Positions 10,730 through 23,100 of a stretch of 64,000 nt of DNA are shown here, in pieces. A program made the position numbers and the translations under genes. Source of the DNA: Phoronis australis. Taxonomy: Eukaryota; Animalia; Phoronida. The notes beneath the pieces were generated by a model. The model had not been told where the DNA came from. It worked only from the letters and a program-made list of their open reading frames with translations, and searched no databases. The stretch is taken from contig NMRA01000361.1 in NCBI GenBank assembly GCA_002633005.1, positions 248,869 through 312,868 on the forward strand, given 5' to 3'. Position 1 is the stretch's first letter. Each line of letters begins with the position of its first letter.

Positions 10730-11737
10730 ATTGAATCGACCGGTTGTTGCAGTTTTGTGGAAGAGGCTTTTCCATCATTGAATGCAAAGGTTATAATTGA
10801 GAATCTTCTCGTTTACGATGTAATTATTGTTAAGTTGTATCATTGTAAATTTGATCGTCATGTAAATAAAAAGCCTATACAAACCTTAGTGTTTTAAGTC
10901 AGTATCTCAATACATGCCTTTTTCAAAAACACATTTTGGAGTCTTTTTGCAAGCATTTTCCAGCACTTACCAGGCAACAATCTCTTCACCGCGTGGAAAA
11001 ATACTTGCTAACCACAGTCGACGACGTGAACAAAGTGTGACGTCACGACCGTGGTGTAACGCAATATGTACACATGATTTCGTTGAAATGGTGGTTTTCA
11101 ACCGAGCATATTACCGACCTAAAGAAGCCATGAAGTCTATGAGATGGGAATACATGTATCTTTCCCAATAGTTCTAGATCCATTGGCATTCGAAACTGAC
11201 GAGACATATAACTGCATGGGTAAGCAGGTACACGTAGTTGATAAAAAAGTTGTTTTAACGCGACGTGGTGACGCTTCTACACACTTTTCCGAAAATGTAT
11301 ATTTTAACCGGAAACTTTTCAAATGTGCCTCGTCGTCTTGTTGTAAGCCACGTCGTTTTTAGTAGCCACCCAAACTAGTATAAAAATGAACGACTGGAAG
11401 AGTTCCGTAGACCAGTACATTCGCCGCGCTAATACATGCATGCGTGAAAAATACAGGCAGTCCATATAATTTGTGAAGTCGTATGTGAACCTACTGTGAT
11501 CCCTCATAAATAATTGCTGTTATAGAAACAAATGCCTCATTTTTGTTCAGTCTTTCAAATGAGCCCATGATAACATATGTATAGGGGCTATTGTGAAAAA
11601 ATACACCTCCCTCCTTAACAACAACTCATTTGCTAAATTATAGTTTTCTTTGTGATTCAGAATCTGATTAGGTGACTGAAATATAAGCTTATCTTATTTT
11701 CAGAAAAAATCGTTAATTTTCACTTAAAATTCCTTCT

Positions 11738-13104
11738 ATGTGGCCAGGTAAACTTAGGACATCTCAGAAGAGCGCGGGTCACAGACGAAGACGACGTCAC
11801 AAACTGGAAAGGGTGACTGAAGAATTCTTCACGGGATTTATCGATGAACGTAAAGATATAGAGGAAAGCAAGAAAAAGTTCAGAGGCAAGTCCCGTCCTT
11901 AAATGTTTTACATCCTGAATATACACAAAGACAACCTCGAAATTACCTTCCAGAGGTGATTAATTATATGCCAAAGTCATTAATAAACTTGGAATGAAAT
12001 GAATCGTTGTATCAATCAAATTCTGTTTGATTTCAGAAATCGACATCTCGTCACTGCGGGAGAAATTTCCCAAGTTCTGCGAGGTGGAAATTCTTGTGTT
12101 TAGGTCGTTGTTTCAAACATTTGACGTAAACCAAGATTGTGTTATAGATTTCAATGAATTGTAAGTATCTCTATGCTAAACTGCAAACTCGACACCTGTT
12201 ACGGTGTGTGGCTCATTTATTACGAAAATTAAAAAATGTCAGCTTTGATGCGGTTAGATTAAAAGGCACGCTTTAGCGTGACATTTGAATTTCTTGCAAA
12301 AGTGAGTAATCGATAATGACTTTAAGCGACATCTGACTCTTTTAAGGTGTCGAGTATTAGATGATCTAGGGGACCGTTCAACCAGAGCGGCTCGAAGAAC
12401 TTACTTTGACTTAGCAGACGAGGACAAGTCAGGATCGATGGATTTCGAAGAATATTTGAAGGTAACTCATTACAAATAGGTGATTTCGAACGTGGTCGAC
12501 TGGCATAGTTTTGAACTTCGCCAACCACCGTGTTGTGCTTATCAAAACCCTGATTGTAATGTAAGGCAAGGAAATTGCAAACCCTTGTCCTTGCTTATAT
12601 GAACTGAGGAAAAACACCGAGTTAGAAAACATAAAAGTAAAAACGCGTCCTTTCCCATCATCAAGGTTTTTTAACTATGCTATTCTCACCCATCGTCTTG
12701 CCTTTTGCCTCTTGTTGGTATGCGTCTGGAGCACGCGGGTACTACTGGATTGGGAAACAAGGCAGTTTTGGTTCTCCTCATATTGTAATATGTACAGTGT
12801 ATGTTTGTAGTGTGAATGCACGAAAAAACCGTAACTTCCATTCTCCCACGAAACGGTACCTACTTTGAAATTCTTTTTTAGCTGCGAAAAGAGTGTTCAG
12901 CTTGATAACTCGGCAGTGATGCTTATGAGTTCGGCAATTTTCGTAATAACCCGTTTTGTTTTCTAGTTCCTCGATCTAATACTTCATCAGCACGAGAAGC
13001 AGTTCTCTGAGCTGAGGCTAGAGTTAACTAAACGCGGCTTGGAGAAGGCAGAGCGACTACGAATGCTCAGTGTCCCAGAACAAATGCGACATGGGTTGTT
13101 CTGA
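11738..13104 (+). CDS. Small two-EF-hand calcium-binding protein (~174 aa), 4 coding exons
   Basis: Exons 11738-11885 (GC donor, AGAG|gcaagt), 12037-12160, 12347-12461, 12967-13104; 525 nt in frame. EF loops DVNQDCVIDFNE and DEDKSGSMDFEE; basic N-terminus HRRRRRHK; ends QMRHGLF*. AATAAA at ~13587 and ~13598. The start codon is less certain. Confidence 0.8.
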
Positions 13105-16100
13105 CACTAACTTATTTTTATAATTAAAATGTTTTTATATAACTTATTTATTGTTATTTGTACGCACTGTTTTGATTTACCTAGCTATAGTAGATTACGT
13201 ACGTAGTACTTTCATAGAAGTTACACTTTACAGTTTTATTCACCCTGGCAGTTGTTTCTACATCACTGTGTGTGCGAATACGTATAAACATTACGTATTG
13301 CAATTAACGTGCGTTCTAAGAGCTGTTTTTTGAGTGCCTTAGTAGAAATTTATCATTAAGACTGCAGTATATTGGCACTATTTCAACTTGTGAAGAAGAT
13401 AAACTGATGTCGCAAGGACGTAAATAGTTGAACACAGCAGTGTTACTTGGATTACAAATAAATTTTCTTATCGGTGTAAATTCGTGGTCAATTTTGTTCA
13501 AACGTAGTAATTGTTATGGCAGTAATGTAATGTTACGTCACTGGACCTGCCAATTTACAACTGCAGACGGTCATTCAGTGTGTATAAATAAACATTAAAT
13601 AAAATTTTGTGACTCTGTTTTATCCATTAGCTTGACTGACTTCAGACTTCTCTCCTAACTTTAGCGTCATCGACTATTAACTGGCAAAGCGACAACACTT
13701 GCTTGAATTCATTTTTGTCATTGGACCAAGAATCCTTGATAGCTTGACGCCGATGTTCCTATAGTCGAGCAAATATCATTACTAATATCTCCCAAAACAG
13801 CGCCCATGCCTTTACAATTGTCTACTCGATTTCACTCGATCCTCTTTCTTCACAAACGAATCGTTATAACTTCCACATTTCCGTTAAATCTAGTATGAAG
13901 AAGAATTGATGTGAATTATTGCAAATGGCAAATGTCTGAAACAATTACTTTGCTGATTGTTGTTTTTTGTGAGCTATAACAAACCAAAGCCTCACTTGGC
14001 TGCAGAAGATAACACTAGACACGCAACGTGTCTGCAAACACTTATTTAGAGACTCGCCGGAACCAGTAAAAATTCGTGGAACATATTTCGACCTACTATG
14101 ATTTACAATTCAAAACTTTACCTTTGGTAGTTGCAATGCCTGATGAAGGAGACGGTAATACGAGAGCTTTCCGCCATAAAGTGGATCCGTGTGCGTGGTC
14201 CGTTCGGAATGGTTAGCGACATTTCTTTAACCACTGCTCATTCTTGTGAAATTACTTTATTTTTAAGATATGTGCCCACCGAAAGTTCCCTCAACATCTA
14301 CACATGTGACCTTTTACTTTGGTACCAGCCAAGTGTCTCTATTGACTGGTAATTGAATGGAAAATATTTTGTATACGACCTAGGGTCAAGAGGACGCACA
14401 CGGACATTTGAAAGAGGATTGCACATTGTGGATTGATGGGAACCGTTATTTTACTCCAGATTTCTACGATTTGGTACTACGAATATTTTTGAAGGCCACA
14501 TGAATAATGTTTCATAACAAGTGTGAAGGTAGCACATTTCAAATTTCTCTCAAAACGCTTTCTGGCACAAGAACAGCCATTGAATATGGGTACTGACGGT
14601 AACAGACTGGGAGAATATATTTTTGGTCTGTATAGAGTTCAATAGCCGTCTCGCAACGAGAAAAACTTAGCCAAAATCACACAGCTCTGATTGAAAATAC
14701 ACAGCAACATCTCGCGGAATATCTTTTCAAGCGTGGTGCTTACATTAATAAACTCCACCGTGACCCTGAAGTACCTGGATATGAAACCAGCACGTCAACA
14801 AGGTCAATGGCCTTCGTCCAGAGGTCACCATGGTGCAGCAGCGCAACTTGCGCTAGGAACAAGCTAATCGAGGGCAATCGATCACGAGGACAAAAACTAA
14901 GCGAGCCGAACTAGACACTGCTGAGCCAATTAACATCACTTTATCAGGTACAGGCAGTGCAATATGCATGTATTCAAGAGGCAAAAACTGCTTCACTAGA
15001 GCAGAGATGAATTGGACCTTTTGTTCTCAGACATCTCTTACATCCTACTATTGTGCTGGCTGTGCAGAGAACTAGCTGACTGGACGATGAAGATGTGATT
15101 TGTTATACCAGCCCAACACCCTGCATTTGATGACCCACATAAAACAAAGACAAATAAGGATAAAAACTCTATTAAAACAGTATCCAAAATACATGTGCAT
15201 AATATAAAAATATGGAGTAAAACATTCATAACAAATGTGTTTGTTAGACGCAGTAGGGTAAAAGTTATAACAATTAACAAACATTAAAAAGATACTAAAC
15301 CTAATTTTGGCCTATTAACAGATATTAACCATGACTTTTGGTCCAGCTCTCTAAAACAATTTAACACTTTGTAACCCTCGTCAAGACTAAAAAATAGGGG
15401 GCAAATTTTGAAACCTCCTTACTAAGTGTACTAAAGGGGCTAGGGTGACCTACGTTTTAGGGGAGTCATACAACTGTGGGGAAAGACCACCCAACAAGAA
15501 CCATGACATCCAGTGAGTATCTGTTTTCAGCTGAATCCTGCATTTATCATTGACGTCAGACGCCAACAGAGCATTAGTTAGCAGGGGAACGAACGAGAAT
15601 TGATTGATATCACCAAAACAGGGTTTAGTATCCTTTATAAGAATGGAGGGGTTTTCTAGAACAGTGAAGTTTCAGATACGTTTACAGGAAAACCTTTGAT
15701 AGAATTGATAAGTCACTTCAGGACAGTCGATTTCAGTGTAAACTTATTGTCATTTACGACTTCGTATTGACCTTGTGTTGACTAATTAGGTTCAAAAACA
15801 CATACCTATACTGCATAAAAGTCGTCATTGAGTTTCATTATTCTTAAGGTTGGTCCTTGGCTTGAAGTCAACAGCAAACAACCTTTTACAAAACTGGTAA
15901 CGGGGGTCTCCCTGGACAAAAAATTTAAAAATGTGCAAATTGCATGTCTTGTTCTCACGTACCAGTCTTTCTTTTTGTTAATTAATGAAAACAATTACAG
16001 TTGCACATTATTTTCACTTTTTGGCCAGGTCACCATCATTTTACTGTCAAATAATAAAAAATACACCACTGTGGAACACAACTGCAATCATTTGACTTAA

Positions 16101-16339
16101 AAGCAAAAAATAGACTTTTCAAACATCGATCAACATTTCCAAGCACAGTGCAGAACCATGTTGGGATAGATGTAGGGAGACCACTAGGTAAGTTTAAGAA
16201 ATAACCTCAATGCAAGAGTTGAGATTATGTGTTCAACAAATATTTGCAGACAGTCTGGTACACGGTGTACCAGACATACATAGGCCGCTCACCTGGAACC
16301 ATTTTTATGTTTTATTAACAGTTAAACCAATCTGAGGAG

Positions 16340-16445
16340 CTAGAGAACTGACTGAAGGGTCCAGCTGTGTGCCCCAGTGGGACTCAAACCCATGACCTTG
16401 AGCAAAGGAAGTGAACACTTATCCCAAAAGGCCACACTGCCTCCT
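16340..16445 (-). mobile_element. Degenerate tRNA-derived SINE head
   Basis: On the minus strand, an A-box-like TGGCCTTTTGGG and a B-box-like GGTTTGAGTCCC at tRNA-like spacing. Confidence 0.35.
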
Positions 16446-17109
16446 CAGATGACGGGCTAACAAACTTTAAAAATTTACAAATTGAGACTTTACCACTACA
16501 TAGGTACCAATTCAATTTTCCATAAACCAGTGGTGACATTAACATGAGACTAGTGCAAGAACAACACTACAGGTTATTTAAGCAAACTGTTCCCATAACA
16601 CACACTGTGTACAACCACTTAAAACACGTAGTAAAAATATTTATTAACAGAAGGCGAATGCCAAAAATGTGTCTGAATGCATTTAGCACAATCATACAAT
16701 AATAAGAAATGAGGTAAGAATTACAGGTGATACAACGACACTAAGTCTAAACCCATAGTTATTTTTAACCAGCCATTTCACAGCTAAGAACAATGTTTCA
16801 AATGGTAGTTTTCACCAGACAATTTATAATATTGCAAATCAAGTACATCCATATTTCAGGAATCTTCCTGAACAAACAATAGAAAAGTATCACTTAGTAC
16901 TATTTGATTCCAGCTGTAGTTTGTGTGGATTACATTATATGTTATGTCACAAATGACAACAACATGAGGTCATATCATGAATATCTAATTTGGCACTGAC
17001 ATGAGGCATTTCTAGAAGTTTTACTTAAAGTTACAGTCAACAACATGATTGACTAAAATAGTAAGTAACACCCTGAAAAATCCTTCGACTGTCTTGCATA
17101 ATAGCCTAA

Positions 17110-20100
17110 TTAGGTTGTGTCTAGTCTAATCATGCGTAGTTTGTGACTGTCAGCCAATACACAGGCAGCTTCATTTGATCCTCCGCAGTAACCAGACGAA
17201 GAGAAGACTGTTAACAACTTGCCCTTCTGTTGAACCTAGTCAAATAATGTGCACTGTTAGTTTTGACACTTTCCAACGGGTGATTCAGGAAAGTGTGGAC
17301 CCTTCTTTGTTTGAGTTTGTTGTTTCAAGCTCAGTATCTCATTTTTTTCAAGACAACTTAAGCCATAAAAATTCGGTTTTGGAGCTCTAAGGTTTGAATT
17401 TGTAAGCTTAAAGAATTTGACTTAACAGACATTGCAAATGTACAAACCGATAAGAAGATATTGTACGTAATTAATACGATATAGTGGACAATAATGAATC
17501 CACCCTTGGCACTGATACTCTAACCACTGTGTTTGGGTTCCATTTCCACATTTAAACAAGAGTATGTGCATAAAAAGGCACGCTGATATCTTGCCACAAA
17601 CATCTCTCTTCCACTGCAGACAGAAACGAATCTAAGTTTGACAGAGACGAGCAGGTCATTACCTAAAATGTGATGGTACAGCCCTTCAAGATAAGGCTTA
17701 TGACAGCCACCCACCAACCATGACAAACGAATTACCACTATCCATGACTACTGCATGACCACCATCCATTAGTCACAACTAAAGATCATAGAACCCTACA
17801 AGATCAGATGGATGACCACCAGACATAAGTCATGACCAGTGAATGACTACCAAACATCAGTTATGACTTGAGACCAACTTACCTGGAACCCCACTTGTTG
17901 TACCTCATGAGCTCTAATCACGTGAGACAGACCATTTCGGGACAGAAACTTCACCAAAGCATCACAGCTGAAGAAGTAGGCCGTACCTCGTCGTGTGTTG
18001 TGAATGAATCCGTCACCGTCCTTCAAGTCTTGCTTCTGTTCTTCGGTCAATAAGTCATTACTGTAAAGGTGGAAGAATTCGAGTGCTTGTTAAAAAGTCA
18101 ATTGCAAATAAACAGGTCATTCATTACCACACTCGTCCGGGTTACCGCCCAGGGTGCTTTAATTGGGAATCTAAAAACCCAGGGGGTTGGCGGTAAGTCC
18201 AGTATAGGTGGTAACAAGCACGAGTACTGTATTACATGAACAGAATGAGAGAAAGACACAAACAAAAGTAGTTGCCTATGAGCAGATTTGACAGAATTAC
18301 AATAGCTATACACTTTGATAGATACTCCAAAGGTTTTAAAAAGATAAAAAGGTGGAATTTCTGCATAAAACAAATGTCAAACTTAAAACTGTTCACTGCA
18401 CTGTGAATTATTGATAAACGTGCAACATGGCTTAGCACTGCTTAGGAAATCAAATGAAGGCGTCCAGTGTGCAGTTTCACAGAATGAATTCCAAGGTATT
18501 AGACTCCATTTAGAAAATGGGGAAAAGAAATTCACAATAGACACAAACCTGGTTAGGGCTGTTCCAGTAAAATCTGTATGGGAGGGGGAAGGCACTTTTT
18601 TTCGCACCCACCACCCATATTTTTCACATATTTCTTCAGCCCACCATCTGTATGAAATGAAACCACCCGTAATTTTTTTGTTCTTATGGTTGACTGCACA
18701 GGTGCTTGAGTTTATCTGTTCCTCGATCACAATGGACGTAATTCAATACTAAGAAAACATATGTTTCTTATATATGGTTATTAACCATCGGGAAATTCGA
18801 GCGCCTGTGATTGACTAGTGTTATGGGCATGCCGATGGGGAGATCAGAGGGAGTGAAAAGTCGGACCTTTTTGGAAGTTGCGTTTTTATTTTAGTAGTTG
18901 ATTCTGTGCAGATTGTTTATAAAACTTACTGAAATTACCATCAAACATTTATGGCACAATGAAACAACAACGACCTGTGAATTTTTATTTTTTTGAAGAA
19001 CGACTGCCAGCCATTTTGAATTTAAATCAAACACAACCACCCCTAAATTTTTATTTTAATTGCTTTCCCCCCTCCCATACGGATTTTACTGGAACAGCCC
19101 TTAGGTAATATCCAAGAGTGTTATTTTATGGTTCTTATCAATGTATCTATAACATCTTGGCCCAAAATTCAAAAATACATTCCAGGTGCATGAAAGCACA
19201 TTCTTGACATCAACTTGACTAAGAAATACATCCGTTAAATTTGATGAAGTTGTACCACGGAACTGGAGTTATTGCGGCAGACATGAAAAGGTGAAATTGC
19301 CACGAGGGGGCACAGCATTGCGTCAAGGAAAGCTAGTCTATACTCTCTATGGCTATGTTCTTTTGCAAAACTGACTTTAAATAAATTAAATCCAAACAAA
19401 TTGAATTGAATTTTGGGGTAAAGCGGCATTGTATTGATCTGAAAATGGACCCCAGTCATGCTCCAGCAACAAGAGCACATCCATCAAATGGACCTCAGTC
19501 ATGCTCCAGCAACAAGAGCACATCCATCAAATGGACCTCAGTCATGCTCCAGCAACAAGAGCACATCCATCAAATTTCTTGCTGTTCCTTTAACTGGCAG
19601 GTAGAGCCGCATGCCAAATACAGACACCGAAATACTCAAAAATTGCTACTTGGGGGCGCACAACATAACGGAAATGTCTGAAAATTATTAGGTGACGCCC
19701 CTTTTTAATACAGACATATCTGGCTACTTTTATAAAGATCCATCAAGGTAGACGGAAAAAAAATTGCCACCGGAAGCAGTCACTGAATTTCTTTGAAAAT
19801 AGTCATCATCCATTGTTATGTTTTGAAAAAGGAACACACCTGCCCAATTTCAAGGAGATGCTGCGAATGCTGAACAACCAGACGGGGACGACTACAGTAT
19901 GCGTGGACATACATATTGTAAGAGAGTGCATATCACCTGATAAATAATAAACGGCACAACTGTATTTACTTGCAACCTCCATATTGACCATACCTGGCTG
20001 GGTCACTCCACATGATTTCCCAAGCTAGATCAGATTGTGCTTCAGGGTCCTTCAGTGGTACAGGTATATTGTCTATTGCTTCTAGCTTCCCCTCCCCATG

Positions 20101-23100
20101 GTCCGTAGAGGGTATACCACCATGAACGCAGAATATCTAATATACAAAAGAGATGACACAGCATGTAATGGACAATCGAGCAGACAGAGAAATGCAAATA
20201 CAGTCTAGCACAGAAAGAGTTTGATCTAGGTCATCACTTCATGATTTTAAGACATTTGCAAAAGGTTAAAAGTTAACGGTACATACGTGTATTTAGGCCC
20301 ATGTACCTAGTATGTATTTATTATAGGGACATAACAGAGTGCAATTAAAAAACAAAAAGACTTTCTATGCAATGCATCCCCAGCCTCTTGGGCTTATAGG
20401 TCACCTGATACAAATTAACATGCGAGTGGTTAATATACACTGAATACAGGCAGATCTTGTGGCAATCTAGTGCCTTAATCAAAAACTTGTCAAGGGCTTC
20501 TGGATAATCAAGAAACAATTCTAGAAGGGAAGATTCATTTGGTAAATCGTTCTAAAACAATTTTTCTAGGTGCAAATGAAAATAAAAAAGAACAGAAAAC
20601 ATTAAAGAGTAATATCTACTGGGAATTAGGACAACACAAAGAAACTAGGGGCTAGATTACCTTCTCATCTACAACGGCAGCAATTGGCATGACATCAAAA
20701 CAGTCGTTGACTGCCTCCCACACTTGACCTCCCAGAGTCTCACCAAACTTTAAAGTGCATTCCCTGTTGAACAACAATAAACATCAGGGAAATACAAGTA
20801 TTAACAATAATGTAGTAAATTCTCACCAGTTTCTGAAAAAAATATTGGATAATATTGACCTTTTTTATTTTCTAACATTTTGTGAATGTCCACAATTTCT
20901 CTGATGTTACTTTAAGTTATCATTTATTATGAAAAAATAAACTTTCAGTTGTCTGCCATATCATGTGTTAAATCAGTGAGACTTTGCATACATTCCCTTT
21001 CAAGCAACAATATGAGTATCTGCACACGTACAAACAAATTCAAGATCAACGTTTCCTTTTTCGTCTAAATGCATCATGATTCCTTGGCCAAGAACTAAAC
21101 TTGAAATGTTATTGATTTTTCCAGTCTCCTCAGACTTAAACTAATGAATGTAGAAGCCATCACCTCTGAAACATTATGTCTCAAGATCAGCCGACTATGT
21201 CATCATAGGAGATATAGGGTTTTAGTACCGGGAATTTCTAAAAACTGGCCCACCCAAAAGTACGGCCATGGGCGCATTTGGAGAAAATTTTCCAAAAGTA
21301 CGGCCATGGGCATATTTTTGGTAAATGTTGGCATGTTTTGAAATTACAATGGATTGTTTTCCTTGGCAAGACATATTTGGGGCTTGTGATTACACTGAAA
21401 TGACTATGATCATGTAACAAAATATTAGGTGACTTTGTTGGTAACTAACCATATAAGCACAGTATGACGGACAGTTTTAAAAACAGTTTCCGAAGATACG
21501 ACCCCCTTTTCTGAAAATATGCGTTTTGGTAAGGTCATTTTCCAAATATCCAACCATGGGCCTATTTTACAATGGTACTGTAATCATATGATAAACAATC
21601 AAGTCAAATTTGATACCACAAAATGACAAGAAACAGCATTTTAGTCAAAAAATGTACTTGTATAACCTAAATTTTGTATTTTCTTTAGAGCAATATGTAA
21701 ATCATATTATAAAACAATTATTTGCCATGGCGTATTGGTTTTTATACCCCAAATTTGTAATCACAGCCAATAGGTGGGGTTTGAAAAAGGACATAGTGAC
21801 ATCGGCAAACATCAGAAATTGTTGGTATAATAATTCATTATCGTGTACAACTAGAAAATTTTTAAATATCAACCCTTCAAGAGGCTTGCCCATTAGTAAC
21901 GATTTTATTTTAAAGAAATGGTTTTAACAATTGAGTATTCAAAATTTAAACAGCCCCCATAAGCAGACATGTTGACATGCTGTTTGAAACTGAACTATGT
22001 ACTTACTTCTCAAACTGAAACATTTGCTGCACGGACCTCAGCTCGTGGTTTCCTCGAAGGAGGTGGAATTTCTTTGGAGCCAGAATTTTTTGAGCAAACA
22101 AATATGAAATCACCTGCAAGGATTCAATGTAAACATATAAACATGTCAATTGCAGGAGTTTCTTTTATTCAGTGCGGGTGAAGAAAATGTGAGCGCACCT
22201 CTTGGGATTGTTGGTTTCATGTCTGATCTTGCTGGTGCAGCAGTCCCAAGGCATGTGTCAATATTTACAGCCATACACTTAATGCAGCATTAACCAATTG
22301 GAATCTCCGAATATTATTTCCCAACCAATCCGAATATCCAAATGTCACCCTGTTCTGCTAACCAATGAGAAACCAGATTCATCATCCTTGAACAATGCTC
22401 TCTCTCATAATACTGGATTAAAGTGTACTACACTGAATACGTGTGACATAATTCGAAGGAAATCTTGCCAGCATAAATCAGTTTCTGCAATGGTGACTTC
22501 TAAAATTCATGTCTCTATACGTGAAAAGACCGGTGACAACTTATTGCGTGTGGTTCAGCAATACTACCCTTTACTATGTACCCTCATAATACCAATACTG
22601 TGAAAGCACTACAGCAACAGTTAGTGAGAAGCTCCAATTGACTGACTACTTCACCTTACCTCCACACCATGCTCCCCTCTGTCCACATAGTCACCCAGAA
22701 ACAAGAATGAGGCAGGCGTCAGTAGAGGACCCATTCTCCACAGAACCTTCTCAAAACAGATCAGGTCACGGTAGTTGCCGTGAATATCACCTGGACAAGA
22801 AAAAATTTACTGAGCACTTGATGTAAAATAAGCAATTATCAACAAATCAACAGAAGCAGGATTATCACACAACTTAATAAGACCTCAGCAACAGGAAAGT
22901 GAGATGTTGTAAGTCAATGGAAAAGGCATCACTATTCATTTGATTTCACGTATTTGTTTGCACCTGTTGTTATTGCGTATAAATTAGAAATATAATGGTC
23001 TGCATTACTCACTGTAGAGGTGACATTCACAACATAACATGAATACAGTCAGAGTTGTAAGGTGATATTAATGACATAACGTGAATACACTGAACAGTGG

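Noticed and set aside
19443-19575. CRISPR-like array (also 23010-23233 and 54068-54280)
   Set aside because: Head-to-tail tandem repeats without unique spacers; eukaryotic context and no cas genes.
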